NCBI GenBank assembly: GCA_905479395.1
Contig: CAJQMI010000033.1
Span: forward strand, 2,318-66,317
Direction: 5' to 3'
DNA length: 64,000 nt
Source: an uncultured Flavobacteriales bacterium
GTDB taxonomy: Bacteria; Bacteroidota; Bacteroidia; Flavobacteriales_D; Sanyastnellaceae
Below, in pieces: positions 19,200 through 28,857 of the stretch (the stretch's first letter is position 1; every line of letters starts with the position of its first letter). Below the pieces are notes generated by a model. That model was given only the letters and a program-made list of their open reading frames with translations. It had not been told where the DNA came from and did no database searches. The translations under genes and the position numbers were made by a program.

Positions 19200-19880
19200 T
19201 CAGTCTTTCGAAAAGCCGTCAACAAAAGCACGAGCGATCAACAAGTCCTCCGGGGTGGTGATTTTGATGTTTTGGTAATCTCCCTCCACGAGGTGAATGG
19301 AATGTCCCGCGTATTCAAAGACGCTCGCATCATCGGTAAATTCCTCTCGAAATCCCGATCCATACGCTGATTTTAGCAATTGAATATCAAAGCATTGCGG
19401 TGTTTGCACCGCGCGCAATCTCTCCCGAGTGACTGCATGTGAACCCGCACCATGCACTTCCCGGATGCTGTCTTTGACCGGAACTACCGGAACAGCTGAG
19501 CCTGCGTCTGCTGCCGTATTGAAACAATTGCGAATCGTGTCTTTCGCAACAAAAGGTCGCACCGCATCGTGGATTCCGACCACTCCTTCATCGGGCAATG
19601 CATTGAGTCCATTCAGGACGGAATGCCAGCGTTCTGCACCGCCTATTACCACGTGATTTACACCTGCAGGCCCGTGCTTCTCCTCCAAATTGTGAAAGTC
19701 CTGCACCAAGCTTTTATGCAAGACCAGAACCACTTCCAATTGATCTCCCAAGGCTGCCCGGAAGCGCTGAAGGGTCCACCACATAAGCGGTTGACCCTTC
19801 AACAAGATAAATTGCTTTGCAACTGGCTGCTGCATGCGCGTTCCGGTTCCTCCGGCAACAAGAATCAAGTGTTGCTTCAC
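19200..19880 (-). CDS. ispD: 2-C-methyl-D-erythritol 4-phosphate cytidylyltransferase
   Basis: [18 protein letters not shown] motif, [17 protein letters not shown]. Start assigned to GTG 19880, which overlaps the SOD stop (GTGA). ATG 19919 is the alternative. Confidence 0.88.
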   Translation of the reverse strand: MKQHLILVAGGTGTRMQQPVAKQFILLKGQPLMWWTLQRFRAALGDQLEVVLVLHKSLVQDFHNLEEKHGPAGVNHVVIGGAERWHSVLNGLNALPDEGVVGIHDAVRPFVAKDTIRNCFNTAADAGSAVPVVPVKDSIREVHGAGSHAVTRERLRAVQTPQCFDIQLLKSAYGSGFREEFTDDASVFEYAGHSIHLVEGDYQNIKITTPEDLLIARAFVDGFSKD

Positions 19881-20482
19881 CCGCGAGCAGCTTGAAAGCG
19901 TTCCGCAACAGCATTCCAATCAATGACATTGAAGAATGCAGCGATATAATCGGGGCGCCGATTTTGGTAGTTGAGGTAGTAAGCATGCTCCCATACATCC
20001 AATCCTAAAACTGGTGTGCCTCCGCAACCCACGCCTTCCATCAGCGGATTGTCTTGATTGGCAGAAGAGCAAACAGCCAACTTTCCATTCTTTACGCACA
20101 ACCATGCCCAGCCCGAACCAAAACGCGTCCCTGCAGCTTGAGCAAAAGATTGCTGGAATTTTTCCATTCCGCCGAGATCTGAATCAATGGCTGCAGCCAA
20201 ACCGCCAGTTGGTGCACCTCCTCCGTTAGGAGACATGATGCTCCAGAACAAGGTGTGATTGTAGAAGCCTCCTCCATTGTTTCGGACACCGGCGTGATCC
20301 GCATGCTGTGCAAGCAATTCTTCAATGGATTTTCCTTCCATTTCAGTGCCAGCGATTGCAGCATTTAGTTTGCTCGTGTAGCCAGCATGGTGCTTTCCGT
20401 GGTGGATTTCCATCGTGCGTGCATCGATGTGCGGTTCAAGTGCGTCGTATGCGTAAGGCAGTGCGGGTAGTTCAAAAGCCAT
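19877..20482 (-). CDS. Fe/Mn superoxide dismutase
   Basis: [32 protein letters not shown] and DVWEHAYYL signatures. Trimmed to ATG 20482. Confidence 0.95.
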   Translation of the reverse strand: MAFELPALPYAYDALEPHIDARTMEIHHGKHHAGYTSKLNAAIAGTEMEGKSIEELLAQHADHAGVRNNGGGFYNHTLFWSIMSPNGGGAPTGGLAAAIDSDLGGMEKFQQSFAQAAGTRFGSGWAWLCVKNGKLAVCSSANQDNPLMEGVGCGGTPVLGLDVWEHAYYLNYQNRRPDYIAAFFNVIDWNAVAERFQAARG

Positions 20483-20493
20483 GTTATGATGTA

Positions 20494-22161
20494 TTAATGT
20501 TTGTTGTTGTCCAGTTGCAAAGATAATTGACCTTCGATGACGACCAAAGCATCTGTATGCTGAAGCCAATAAATCGCCGTTGTAAATTCTTGATCGAATT
20601 GAATAGAGTGCTCGTGAAATGCTGCCTCGCCAAAGGCATTGCGGAGAACTTGGGAAGCAAAGCGCTGTTCCAAAGCCGCTCGCTCTGAAGCCTGCAGGGT
20701 CGGTATTTCAAAATCATTTTCGCGTGCAGCAGCCATCAAATGGTTCCATCCTTCGACCTTCCAAAGGTCAGCACTCGCTGATTCAACTTTGGTTACAAAC
20801 CATTCATTTCGGTGTGCGTCCACAAAAGAAAAGGCTGCATCACGCAATACTCCCGACCAACTCAGGTCTGACATGAAGCTTGATAAGCCGGCTGTATCCA
20901 AAGGGATGAATACATCTGGCGTAATTCCTCCCAAACCTTGCACCACTTTGCCTTTTGGAGTCTGAAATGTCAAGGAATCTGCGTCCAGCTTTAGAATGCT
21001 ATCCTCTTCAAACAGCTCACCTCGTTCATAACGCATGAAGTAGTCGTCGGCATATTCAATGTCTGATCCATATGGTTTTTGAATAGCTCTGCCTGTTGGC
21101 GTATAAAACCGCGCCACCGTGAGTCGCAATGCCCCGAGGTTGGAAATTGAAAACTCTTCTTGGACCAAGCCCTTCCCAAACGTTCGCCTGCCAAGGATTA
21201 TTCCGCGGTCATGATCTTGGATGGCACCCGCAAAAATTTCACTCGCAGATGCCGATGATTCATCCACCAAAACAGCCAAATCCCAATCCGCCCATCTTCC
21301 ATCCCGTCGTGTTTCATAGGTGCGTCGAGGCACATGCTCACCTTCGGTATAGACCACCAATTGACCTTCCCTTAAAAAAGATTCAACCATCGGAACAACG
21401 GCATTCAAATATCCGCCACCATTGCCCCGCAGATCTACAATTACTTGCTTCACCCCTAATTGATCCAGCTTGACCATTGCGTCTTCAAACTCCTCCGCAG
21501 TGTTCTGTGCAAAGCGAACAACCTTGATATAACCGCGATCGGAATCGATGCCAAAAGCGGAAACAACACTGTGGATGGGAATCCGGTCTCTTTTCAATAG
21601 AATTTGCTCCAGCCCTTCGCTCCTCGGCACACCCACGCGAACTTTTGTGTTTCTTGGCCCTTTCAGCAACTCCATCACTTTTCGATTGTTCAGTTCAGGC
21701 CCCGATATAGCAACTGAATCTACCTGCAAAATGCGGTCACCAGCGCGCACACCTGCTTTTTCTGCTGGCCCCCCTGAAATCGCTGCCACCACCATAAGCG
21801 TGTCATCCTGAATAATGAATTCAACACCTATGCCTTCAAAATTACCTTCCATTGGTTCGGCCATTTCAGCCAATTCCTGGGATGATAGAAACAACGTATG
21901 AGGATCCAATTCATTCAACACCGCTTCGAGAGCAATTTGCTCCAACTCATCCCTCATCACAGGGTCAACATACGTTTGTTCCACACGATCTAGAACCCCG
22001 TTTAAGGCACTTCGAGGAGAGCCCGGCGCGAAGGTGCCTGCAGATTCTCCTCCCGAGAGGAGTCCTATCCACACCCCCAGAATTAGAACGATTGCAAATG
22101 CAAGCGGCTGCCAAGAAGGAGCGGCTTTGGGACGTGAGGTTTGGGGAGATGACGTTTCCAT
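20494..22161 (-). CDS. S41-family C-terminal processing peptidase with PDZ domain
   Basis: N-terminal TM/signal. PDZ region ([26 protein letters not shown]). Catalytic region [20 protein letters not shown] and TFGKGLVQ. Confidence 0.9.
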   Translation of the reverse strand: METSSPQTSRPKAAPSWQPLAFAIVLILGVWIGLLSGGESAGTFAPGSPRSALNGVLDRVEQTYVDPVMRDELEQIALEAVLNELDPHTLFLSSQELAEMAEPMEGNFEGIGVEFIIQDDTLMVVAAISGGPAEKAGVRAGDRILQVDSVAISGPELNNRKVMELLKGPRNTKVRVGVPRSEGLEQILLKRDRIPIHSVVSAFGIDSDRGYIKVVRFAQNTAEEFEDAMVKLDQLGVKQVIVDLRGNGGGYLNAVVPMVESFLREGQLVVYTEGEHVPRRTYETRRDGRWADWDLAVLVDESSASASEIFAGAIQDHDRGIILGRRTFGKGLVQEEFSISNLGALRLTVARFYTPTGRAIQKPYGSDIEYADDYFMRYERGELFEEDSILKLDADSLTFQTPKGKVVQGLGGITPDVFIPLDTAGLSSFMSDLSWSGVLRDAAFSFVDAHRNEWFVTKVESASADLWKVEGWNHLMAAARENDFEIPTLQASERAALEQRFASQVLRNAFGEAAFHEHSIQFDQEFTTAIYWLQHTDALVVIEGQLSLQLDNNKH

Positions 22162-22185
22162 GTGCTAACTCAGGTTGTAACTGCT

Positions 22186-22623
22186 TTATGCACGTGGTTG
22201 TTCGAGATGCACCAAATCAACCCCCGCTTGTTGCAAAAACTCCAAGCCTTGAGCATCCTTGTATTCATTGCGATACACCAAGCGACTGATGCCCGCTTGG
22301 TGAATCAATTTAGCGCATTCTCTGCACGGTGAAAGCGTGATGTAAAGGGTTGATCCCACAGCACTGTTGTTCGATCGTGCCAATTTGGTAATCGCATTGG
22401 CCTCAGCGTGCAAAACGTACCAATGCGTTTCTCCTTCGTCGTTTTCGCACACATTGGGAAACCCGCTGGGAGAACCGTTGAAACCGTCAGCAATGATCAT
22501 GCGGTCTTTGACTATAAGCGCACCCACCTGCTTCCGCGTACAATGCGAAAGTTGGGCCCATTCGGTTGCCATGCGCATGTACGCTTCGTCGTAGCGTTGT
22601 TGCTTTAGTTCTTTGTCGTTCAT
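22186..22623 (-). CDS. deoxycytidylate (dCMP) deaminase, ComEB-like
   Basis: Zinc-binding motifs HAEANAI and PCRECAKLI. About 145 aa. Trimmed to ATG 22623. Confidence 0.88.
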   Translation of the reverse strand: MNDKELKQQRYDEAYMRMATEWAQLSHCTRKQVGALIVKDRMIIADGFNGSPSGFPNVCENDEGETHWYVLHAEANAITKLARSNNSAVGSTLYITLSPCRECAKLIHQAGISRLVYRNEYKDAQGLEFLQQAGVDLVHLEQPRA

Positions 22624-22751
22624 CGTGGTGCGAAAAATGAGCATTTCCTTCCTGCAGTTGGTTGGTCATGCACCTGCATGATTCAGCTGCGTCCTTCAAA
22701 GTTAGGCTTCTGGGCCGGGGTTCGTAGCTTGCAGAACAGAAAGATTGATAA

Positions 22752-23309
22752 ATGCGCATATACACCCGCACTGGAGATGATGGCACAACATCTTTGTTTG
22801 GAGGACAACGCCTGAACAAAGACGACATGCGCATTGAGGCATATGGCACATTGGACGAACTCAACGCGGCGATGGGCCTTCTTTGTTCTACTGATGGATT
22901 CGTTGCTGATTCCGACGGAGTGGCTTGGCTACAGAAATTGCAATCCGATGTCTTCACATTGGGAAGTCATCTGGCAACCACTGACGAAAAGATGGTCAAG
23001 CACCTCCCCTCAATTCCGAAAGGGAGAATCCAAGAAATGGAAAACTGGATGGATGCTGTGAATCAATCACTGCCAGAACTGAAAAATTTCCTCTTGCCGG
23101 GTGGACATCCTGCAATTTCCGCCTGCCACATTTGCCGGGTGACATGTCGACGGGCAGAAAGAAGAGTGATCACATTGGCTCGAGAGGACGCAGTGCCCGA
23201 TGGTATTCTTCCCTACCTCAATCGACTGAGTGACGTCTTCTTCATGTGGAGCCGGCAACTGCACATGGCACTTAATGTTGCTGAGATCCCTTGGAAATCC
23301 GAAAATTGA
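22752..23309 (+). CDS. PduO-type ATP:cob(I)alamin adenosyltransferase
   Basis: N-terminus MRIYTRTGDDGTTSLFGG and IEAYGTLDELNA, characteristic of the PduO-type family. 185 aa. Confidence 0.88.
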   Translation: MRIYTRTGDDGTTSLFGGQRLNKDDMRIEAYGTLDELNAAMGLLCSTDGFVADSDGVAWLQKLQSDVFTLGSHLATTDEKMVKHLPSIPKGRIQEMENWMDAVNQSLPELKNFLLPGGHPAISACHICRVTCRRAERRVITLAREDAVPDGILPYLNRLSDVFFMWSRQLHMALNVAEIPWKSEN

Positions 23310-23359
23310 ACGCTTAAGTGCTCTAATTCAATCTTTTTTTGTTGATTCAGTACTCTTTC

Positions 23360-23390
23360 CTTGCATCTCATCGCGATTCTTCTATTTTTG
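23360..23390 (+). promoter_or_regulatory. candidate promoter for DUF2795 gene (-33-like CTTG, 19-nt spacer, -7 TATTTTTG)
   Basis: TATTTTTG at 23383-23390 matches TAnnTTTG. CTTG at 23360-23363. ATG lies 20 nt downstream. Confidence 0.35.
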
Positions 23391-23410
23391 CCCGCTCAAG
23401 AGCACAAACT

Positions 23411-23632
23411 ATGTATTGGACACTCGAATTGGCTTCCTATTTAGAAGACGCGCCTTGGCCAGCAACCAAGGACGAGTTGATCGACTTCGCAATGCGAACC
23501 GGCGCGCCTCTGGAGGTGGTCGAAAATTTGCAGCAACTCGAAGATGAAGGTGATGCTTTTGAAACCATCGAGGACATCTGGCCCGATTATCCGAGCAAGG
23601 AGGATTTCTTCTTCAACGAGGACGAGTACTAG
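23411..23632 (+). CDS. small acidic DUF2795-family protein
   Basis: 73 aa, MYWTLELASYLEDAPWPATKDELIDFAMRTGAPLEVVENL... Matches DUF2795 as recalled. Trimmed from the longer ORF. Confidence 0.6.
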   Translation: MYWTLELASYLEDAPWPATKDELIDFAMRTGAPLEVVENLQQLEDEGDAFETIEDIWPDYPSKEDFFFNEDEY

Positions 23633-23679
23633 GTACTTGTCATCCTCAATATAATCTTCAATTAAGTTTCAATTAAGTT

Positions 23680-24171
23680 TCAGTGCGGAGGCATGAATTG
23701 CTTCAACCCTTTGCGTGTAAACTTGCCATTGAGCCATTCCGGATCTAGCTGCGCTCCAAGCTTTTTGTAGAACCCAATAGCCGGTTCATTCCAGTCCAGC
23801 ACCTGCCATTCCATTCTGCCGAAATTACGCTTCGCGCATTCCTCTGCAACGGACTCGAACAAAGCCCGGCCAATCCCTTTGCCGCGGTATGAGTCCCGGA
23901 CTACGAGGTCTTCCAAAAATCCACACTTTCCCTTCCACGTGCTGTACTTTGTATACCACAGCGCCATCCCTACAAGCGACCCTTCCCACTCAGCTACAAC
24001 CAGTTCGAAAATAGCTTGCGGACCAAAGCCGTCCAGTGTCAGTTGCTCCATCGTAGTCTCAACTTCATCTCCCGCTCTCTCGTAGATAGCAAGTTCAACA
24101 ATAAGCGCATGCACTGCAGGCATATCTTCAGGTGTCGCAGAACGAACGACAAGGGCAGGAGAAACTTTCAT
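23680..24171 (-). CDS. GNAT-family N-acetyltransferase
   Basis: Acetyl-CoA binding motif VRDSYRGKGIGRALFE. About 163 aa. ATG 24171 is preferred over ATG 24213. Confidence 0.85.
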   Translation of the reverse strand: MKVSPALVVRSATPEDMPAVHALIVELAIYERAGDEVETTMEQLTLDGFGPQAIFELVVAEWEGSLVGMALWYTKYSTWKGKCGFLEDLVVRDSYRGKGIGRALFESVAEECAKRNFGRMEWQVLDWNEPAIGFYKKLGAQLDPEWLNGKFTRKGLKQFMPPH

Positions 24172-24213
24172 GGAGACAAAGGTAAGCAGCAGCACAGGCC
24201 TTACATTGGACAT

Positions 24214-24810
24214 ATGAATGCAAGTGACATCGGTGCCTTGGACGCCATCATCAGCATCGCCCTTGCTTGGGCCTTATACAGAGGGTTCCAAAAAGGCTTT
24301 ATTGTTAAGATAGCATCGCTATTTGCACTGGTTGCCGGCACATTCGCAGGGTTTCATGGATCCGAAGGTTTAGCCGATTGGCTAAGCAAAGAAGTCGATT
24401 GGTCTGAAACTGGAGTCCAGTTGACAGCGTTCGTGCTAACCTTTATTTTGGTGGTGATTGGCGTGCACTTTCTCGCCAAAATCATAGAAAAAATGGTCGA
24501 TCTCACTGCATTAGGGGTGATCAATAAACTCGCAGGATTGGCCTTGGGTGCCTTCCAGATGATTTTGTTGCTTTCGATCACAACCTTCGCTCTTGACGGA
24601 GTTTTTGGCGCACGCAGTTGGCTTCCCGATGACGCTGCTGAAGAATCTATTCTGTATCCTTTCGTCGAAACAGCCGTAGAGTTGGTCATTCCCGAAATGA
24701 ACCGTGCCACCCCATGGGACGAGATTAGAGATCACATGCAAGACGGTGTCGAACGAATTCAAGACAAAGTCGAGGAAGGGATGGAACGATTTGAGAACGC
24801 TCAACCTTAA
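24214..24810 (+). CDS. cvpA: CvpA-family membrane protein
   Basis: LDAIISIALAWALYRGFQKGFI N-terminus and four TM helices. Trimmed to ATG 24214. Confidence 0.75.
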   Translation: MNASDIGALDAIISIALAWALYRGFQKGFIVKIASLFALVAGTFAGFHGSEGLADWLSKEVDWSETGVQLTAFVLTFILVVIGVHFLAKIIEKMVDLTALGVINKLAGLALGAFQMILLLSITTFALDGVFGARSWLPDDAAEESILYPFVETAVELVIPEMNRATPWDEIRDHMQDGVERIQDKVEEGMERFENAQP

Positions 24811-24848
24811 ATCGCAAAGAGCTTAAACATCAAAGACTTCGACGTTTT

Positions 24849-26615
24849 TCAACCCACACCTAACGCCGACTTCAAGGAATCAATTCTGTGCTGAAGCATC
24901 TGCATGGCCTCGTCATAGCTGGATGCTTGTGCCAATGATGCTTTGTCCATTCGGACTGAAAAGTAGAATTTTATTTTTGGCTCTGTTCCGCTGGGTCTCG
25001 CCGTAACGATCGAACCATGCTCTGTGATTATTTGAATCACATTGGAAGAAGGCAGTTCGATTGGACGCGAAGTATTTTCAATCAAATTCGTTTGAGTTTG
25101 AGCTTGATAATCCCGCAATTCTACCACACGTTCATCTCCGAATTTAGCCGGAGGATTGGATCGAAACGTTTCCATTTGTTCCGCAATTTCTCTCTTACCG
25201 GCGCGTCCTTGTTTGGTTTGTGAAACCAGCGCTTCCAAATAAGCTCCGTGATTGCGGTGAATCCGCTCCAATCTTCCCAACATGTCCAGGCCTTCACGTT
25301 GTGCGGAATGGGCCATCTCACAAATCAAACACGCCGCTGCCACGGCATCTTTGTCTCGGACTGCATCTCCAATCATATAGCCATAGCTCTCTTCGCCTCC
25401 AACGACGAATCGCCCTTTGCCCTCTTGTTCTCTGATGGCAGCTGCAATCCACTTGAATCCGGTCAATGTCTCGTGGACATCCAATCCTGCTGACTTTCCT
25501 ATTTCAGCCATCAAATCTGAGGTGACAATGGTCTTTGCGACAAAGTCAAAACCTGGCTTCAAAGTTCCATTCGCAGCGCGCCCATTGACGACATAGTCTA
25601 CCAACAAAGCTCCTGTTTCATTGCCATTTAGCAAACGCCAGCCACCACTGGCTTTGGCATCTGGAACCGCAATCCCCACACGATCCGAGTCCGGATCTGT
25701 CCCCAAAACAAGCTGAGCATTGACTTCCCTTGCCAACTCAATCGCTGCAGATAACGCCGCACCTTCCTCGGGGTTTGGACTGTGCACCGTTGGGAAGTTT
25801 CCATCAGGAATCCGTTGGCTTTCCACGATGTGCACATTTCTAAAGCCCGCCTGGGCCAAAGCGGGAATCACCGATACTGATCCCGTTCCGTGCAAAGGCG
25901 TGTAAACAATCGGCAAGTCAGAACCATTTTCTATCAGGTTCTGGTCCATGCGCAAATCCGTGACTGTTTGCAGGTACGCTTCGTCCACCGCTGAAGTCGT
26001 GATGTGAATGCGGCTTTGCGATGATTCGTCTTTGCCCCAACGAACGGCATTTGGCCCTTCCACGCCTCGTACTTCTTGGATGATACCATGGTCGTGGGGC
26101 GGAACGATTTGGCCACCATCATTCCAATAAACTTTGTAGCCGTTGTACTCCTTTGGATTGTGGCTAGCGGTAATCACAATCCCTGATGTGCACTTCAAAT
26201 GACGCACCGTAAAAGATAGCTGCGGCGTGGGCCGCAAAGCTGGAAAAAGATGCACCTCGATTCCGTTGCCCGCCAGCACTTCAGCCGCAACTCGCGCAAA
26301 TTCAGGACTGCCATTTCTGGAGTCGTGAGCAATGGCAACCCGAGCGTTCTGAGGCTGAGCCTTCAAAACATACTGAGCCAAGCCCTGCGTGGCCTGCGCT
26401 ACCGTGTATCTGTTCATCCGGTTGGTCCCTGGCCCCATCAAACCCCTTAAGCCACCTGTACCAAATTCCAGGTCTGTGTAAAATGATTCCACAAGTTCTT
26501 CCCCATCAGCCTCCATCATATGCTGCACCTCCGAGCGAGTGCCAGCATCATAAGGCTCTTCCGTCCATGCCGCTGCCCGGTGTCTTGCCAATCCCTTCAG
26601 TTCTTCTGCGTTCAT
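24849..26615 (-). CDS. phospho-sugar mutase (phosphoglucomutase/phosphomannomutase family)
   Basis: Phosphoserine loop TASHNPKEYNGYK. Mg loop GTDPDSDR. Sugar-binding GGEESYG. 588 aa. Confidence 0.92.
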   Translation of the reverse strand: MNAEELKGLARHRAAAWTEEPYDAGTRSEVQHMMEADGEELVESFYTDLEFGTGGLRGLMGPGTNRMNRYTVAQATQGLAQYVLKAQPQNARVAIAHDSRNGSPEFARVAAEVLAGNGIEVHLFPALRPTPQLSFTVRHLKCTSGIVITASHNPKEYNGYKVYWNDGGQIVPPHDHGIIQEVRGVEGPNAVRWGKDESSQSRIHITTSAVDEAYLQTVTDLRMDQNLIENGSDLPIVYTPLHGTGSVSVIPALAQAGFRNVHIVESQRIPDGNFPTVHSPNPEEGAALSAAIELAREVNAQLVLGTDPDSDRVGIAVPDAKASGGWRLLNGNETGALLVDYVVNGRAANGTLKPGFDFVAKTIVTSDLMAEIGKSAGLDVHETLTGFKWIAAAIREQEGKGRFVVGGEESYGYMIGDAVRDKDAVAAACLICEMAHSAQREGLDMLGRLERIHRNHGAYLEALVSQTKQGRAGKREIAEQMETFRSNPPAKFGDERVVELRDYQAQTQTNLIENTSRPIELPSSNVIQIITEHGSIVTARPSGTEPKIKFYFSVRMDKASLAQASSYDEAMQMLQHRIDSLKSALGVG

Positions 26616-26627
26616 TTTCTCGTTCGT

Positions 26628-27485
26628 TTAAAGCACTTGCTGCATTTGATCTTTCCAATGTTGCGGCGATCGTCCCAAGGCCTGCATCAATGGATGAGGA
26701 TCCAGATAAGAGTAAGCCGGGCGTTTCGCCGGCGTGGGATACGCATCCGAACCACACGGAGTTGCATCAACATCCATTTTTTTATGTGCGAAAATGGCCA
26801 TGGCAAAATCATACCACGTGGCTGGTCCCAATGTGCCGTAATGCCACATTCCGGGGTTTAGCAATTTTGGATCCTGAGCAACTTCCATGAGCATTGATGC
26901 CAATGGCCCTGCAGCTGTTGGAGCACCCAACTGATCGTCCACAATTTTGAGTGCTTTGCCTGAAGCTCCCAAACGAAGCATCGTCTGGGCAAAGTTTTGT
27001 CCCCGGGAATCGTAAAGCCAGGCGACTCGAAAAATCCAAAACTGACTTTGAGTTGCTCCCAAAAACGCCTCTGAAATCGCCTTTTCACCTTCCCACTTCG
27101 AATCGCCGTAAACACCTGTCGGTGCAGGAGCATCGTTTGTTCGGTACGGTTCATTTTGATCGCCTGAAAAAACATAGTCCGTACTTACATGAATCAGGTC
27201 AATCCCCTTTGCGGAGCAAATTCGGGCGAGATGTCCGACCCCGGAGGAATTCACTGCTCGGGCCAACTCAGCCTCTTCCTCTGCACGATCGACCGCGGTG
27301 TAAGCCGCTGCATTGATCACAACCTCCGGCTCGAACTTATCCAGAGCCTCTTGTATTGATGCGGAATTTGTGACATCCAGTAATTTCCGGTCGCACACAA
27401 CCACCGAAGCTTCATCCGGCAAAACCAGCTCGCTCAACCGCGAACCCAATTGTCCATTCGCTCCAGTGATCAGTACTTTTCTCAT
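26628..27485 (-). CDS. rfbD: dTDP-4-dehydrorhamnose reductase
   Basis: MRKVLITGANGQLG, INAAAYTAVD, HVSTDYVF, YGDSK. The ORF-track start is TTG 27491; ATG 27485 is preferred. Confidence 0.9.
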   Translation of the reverse strand: MRKVLITGANGQLGSRLSELVLPDEASVVVCDRKLLDVTNSASIQEALDKFEPEVVINAAAYTAVDRAEEEAELARAVNSSGVGHLARICSAKGIDLIHVSTDYVFSGDQNEPYRTNDAPAPTGVYGDSKWEGEKAISEAFLGATQSQFWIFRVAWLYDSRGQNFAQTMLRLGASGKALKIVDDQLGAPTAAGPLASMLMEVAQDPKLLNPGMWHYGTLGPATWYDFAMAIFAHKKMDVDATPCGSDAYPTPAKRPAYSYLDPHPLMQALGRSPQHWKDQMQQVL

Positions 27486-27518
27486 GCTCAAATTTAAGAT
27501 TTTTACGGTTGGAGGAGG

Positions 27519-28760
27519 TCAACCGTTGGAGCGCATCGCTTCGACTGGCTCCATCCTAGCTGCTCTCTTGGCAGGGGCCAGACCAGCCACTAAGCCAGAA
27601 GTAACTGCCACACTCAAAGCGATGATGATGCGCGAAGGTCGAACCACCATCACAAAACCAATATCAATGGCATTCACCAAAGCGACAATGCCTTCAATCG
27701 CCAGCAGCGCAAACAGAGCGCCGATGACACACAAAGCTATAGCTTCAAACAAAAACTGCATCAAGATAAAGGTGGACTTGGCGCCAATGGCTTTCTGAAC
27801 ACCAATTATCCGTGTTCGCTCCCGAACACTTACAAACATGATGTTCGCCACACTGAAACATCCTACCAGAATGGCGAAGATGCCAATAAACCAACCTCCG
27901 TATTCCACTTGTTGGAATATGGAATCCAAAATGGAGGTAAGCATACCAATTTGGTTGATTGAAAAATCTTCCACCTCCGAGGGACGCAACCGGCGCACCG
28001 AACGAAACTGCTGCACAATTTCATCAGAAAGTTCAGCCGTGCCAATTCCCTCTTTGGGCTTGACCATGATCTGGGTGCCCCGACCATAGTCCATGATGCG
28101 ATGACCAAATTTTGCAGGAATCACGATGGCACGATCGAAACCATCATTCACCATCGAAACCCCTTGCTTGGCGAAAACACCAACGATTTCCATCCGCTGA
28201 CCACGCGCCTCGATCGACTCACCCAGTGGATTCGCTCTTCCTGTGAGCTCCATGGCAACATCGTATCCCACAACAGCAACGCTGCGTCCTGCAGCCACCT
28301 CAATCGGAGAGAAATATCGTCCGTTGGCTATGTCCAAAGCAATCACATCCTCATAGCCCTCAGAGACGGCAACCACTCCAACACCTTCCATTCGGCTATT
28401 TTGAGATTCAAGTGGCAAGGCAGCTTTTGATTGAAAAACCACATCTTGTGCCAACTCCAAGCGATCTGCCAGCAAATCCATGTCACTTAGGCTGACCTCC
28501 CTGCGCTGCACATATTTCCACCAAGGATAATCCTCGCCAAAAGTCCAAGGCCATTTTTGGATAAAAAGGACCTCGTCATCCAAGATGTTAAAGGTGTTTT
28601 TCAATCCATCTTCAAGTGAATCCACCACGGCAAAAACAGCCGTAATCATAAAGATTCCCACCATAACCCCCAGCAGCGACAAAAATGTGCGCAAGCGGTT
28701 GGTAACAATGGCAGACCATGCAAATGCAAAACTTTCTCCAAGGAGGCGTAACCACAACAT
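27519..28760 (-). CDS. ABC transporter permease, MacB-like periplasmic domain + FtsX domain
   Basis: 413 aa. N-terminal TM (LRTFLSLLGVMVGI), periplasmic core and C-terminal FtsX 3-TM. No adjacent ATPase. Confidence 0.8.
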   Translation of the reverse strand: MLWLRLLGESFAFAWSAIVTNRLRTFLSLLGVMVGIFMITAVFAVVDSLEDGLKNTFNILDDEVLFIQKWPWTFGEDYPWWKYVQRREVSLSDMDLLADRLELAQDVVFQSKAALPLESQNSRMEGVGVVAVSEGYEDVIALDIANGRYFSPIEVAAGRSVAVVGYDVAMELTGRANPLGESIEARGQRMEIVGVFAKQGVSMVNDGFDRAIVIPAKFGHRIMDYGRGTQIMVKPKEGIGTAELSDEIVQQFRSVRRLRPSEVEDFSINQIGMLTSILDSIFQQVEYGGWFIGIFAILVGCFSVANIMFVSVRERTRIIGVQKAIGAKSTFILMQFLFEAIALCVIGALFALLAIEGIVALVNAIDIGFVMVVRPSRIIIALSVAVTSGLVAGLAPAKRAARMEPVEAMRSNG

Positions 28761-28815
28761 GTCAACAAAGCTAATTCGAGGTGCATGAAACGCGCTATGG
28801 TTTCAGGTTTAATTG

Positions 28816-28823
28816 TAATTTTG
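28816..28823 (+). promoter_or_regulatory. candidate -7 promoter box (TAATTTTG) upstream of purH
   Basis: Perfect TAnnTTTG match 35 nt upstream of ATG 28858. Confidence 0.3.
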
Positions 28824-28857
28824 TGCCTTACCGATTCACTTTGAAACCCACTGCATC

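Noticed and set aside
22624-22751. Possible cobalamin riboswitch upstream of the cob(I)alamin adenosyltransferase.
   Set aside because: The region is only 128 nt and is shared with a divergent promoter. No B12-box-like sequence was seen.
22487-22957. 156-aa minus-strand ORF spanning the divergent region between dCMP deaminase and the PduO-type adenosyltransferase.
   Set aside because: It overlaps both well-supported genes, and its sequence is low-complexity and Ser/Arg/Cys-rich with no motifs. It is likely a frame artefact.
23658-23682. Tandem 11-mer TCAATTAAGTT x2 (plus a partial third copy) at the convergent junction of DUF2795 and the GNAT gene; the last copy contains the GNAT stop codon.
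   Set aside because: It is a very short, AT-rich, single local duplication with no flanking inverted repeats or hairpin. It is most likely slippage with no evident function.
28761-28857. Possible ZTP (pfl) riboswitch upstream of purH.
   Set aside because: The 97-nt region lacks the conserved GGGTCGTGAC / CCGCCTGGGC-like cores as I recall them, and it also has to hold a divergent promoter. An Rfam scan would confirm this.
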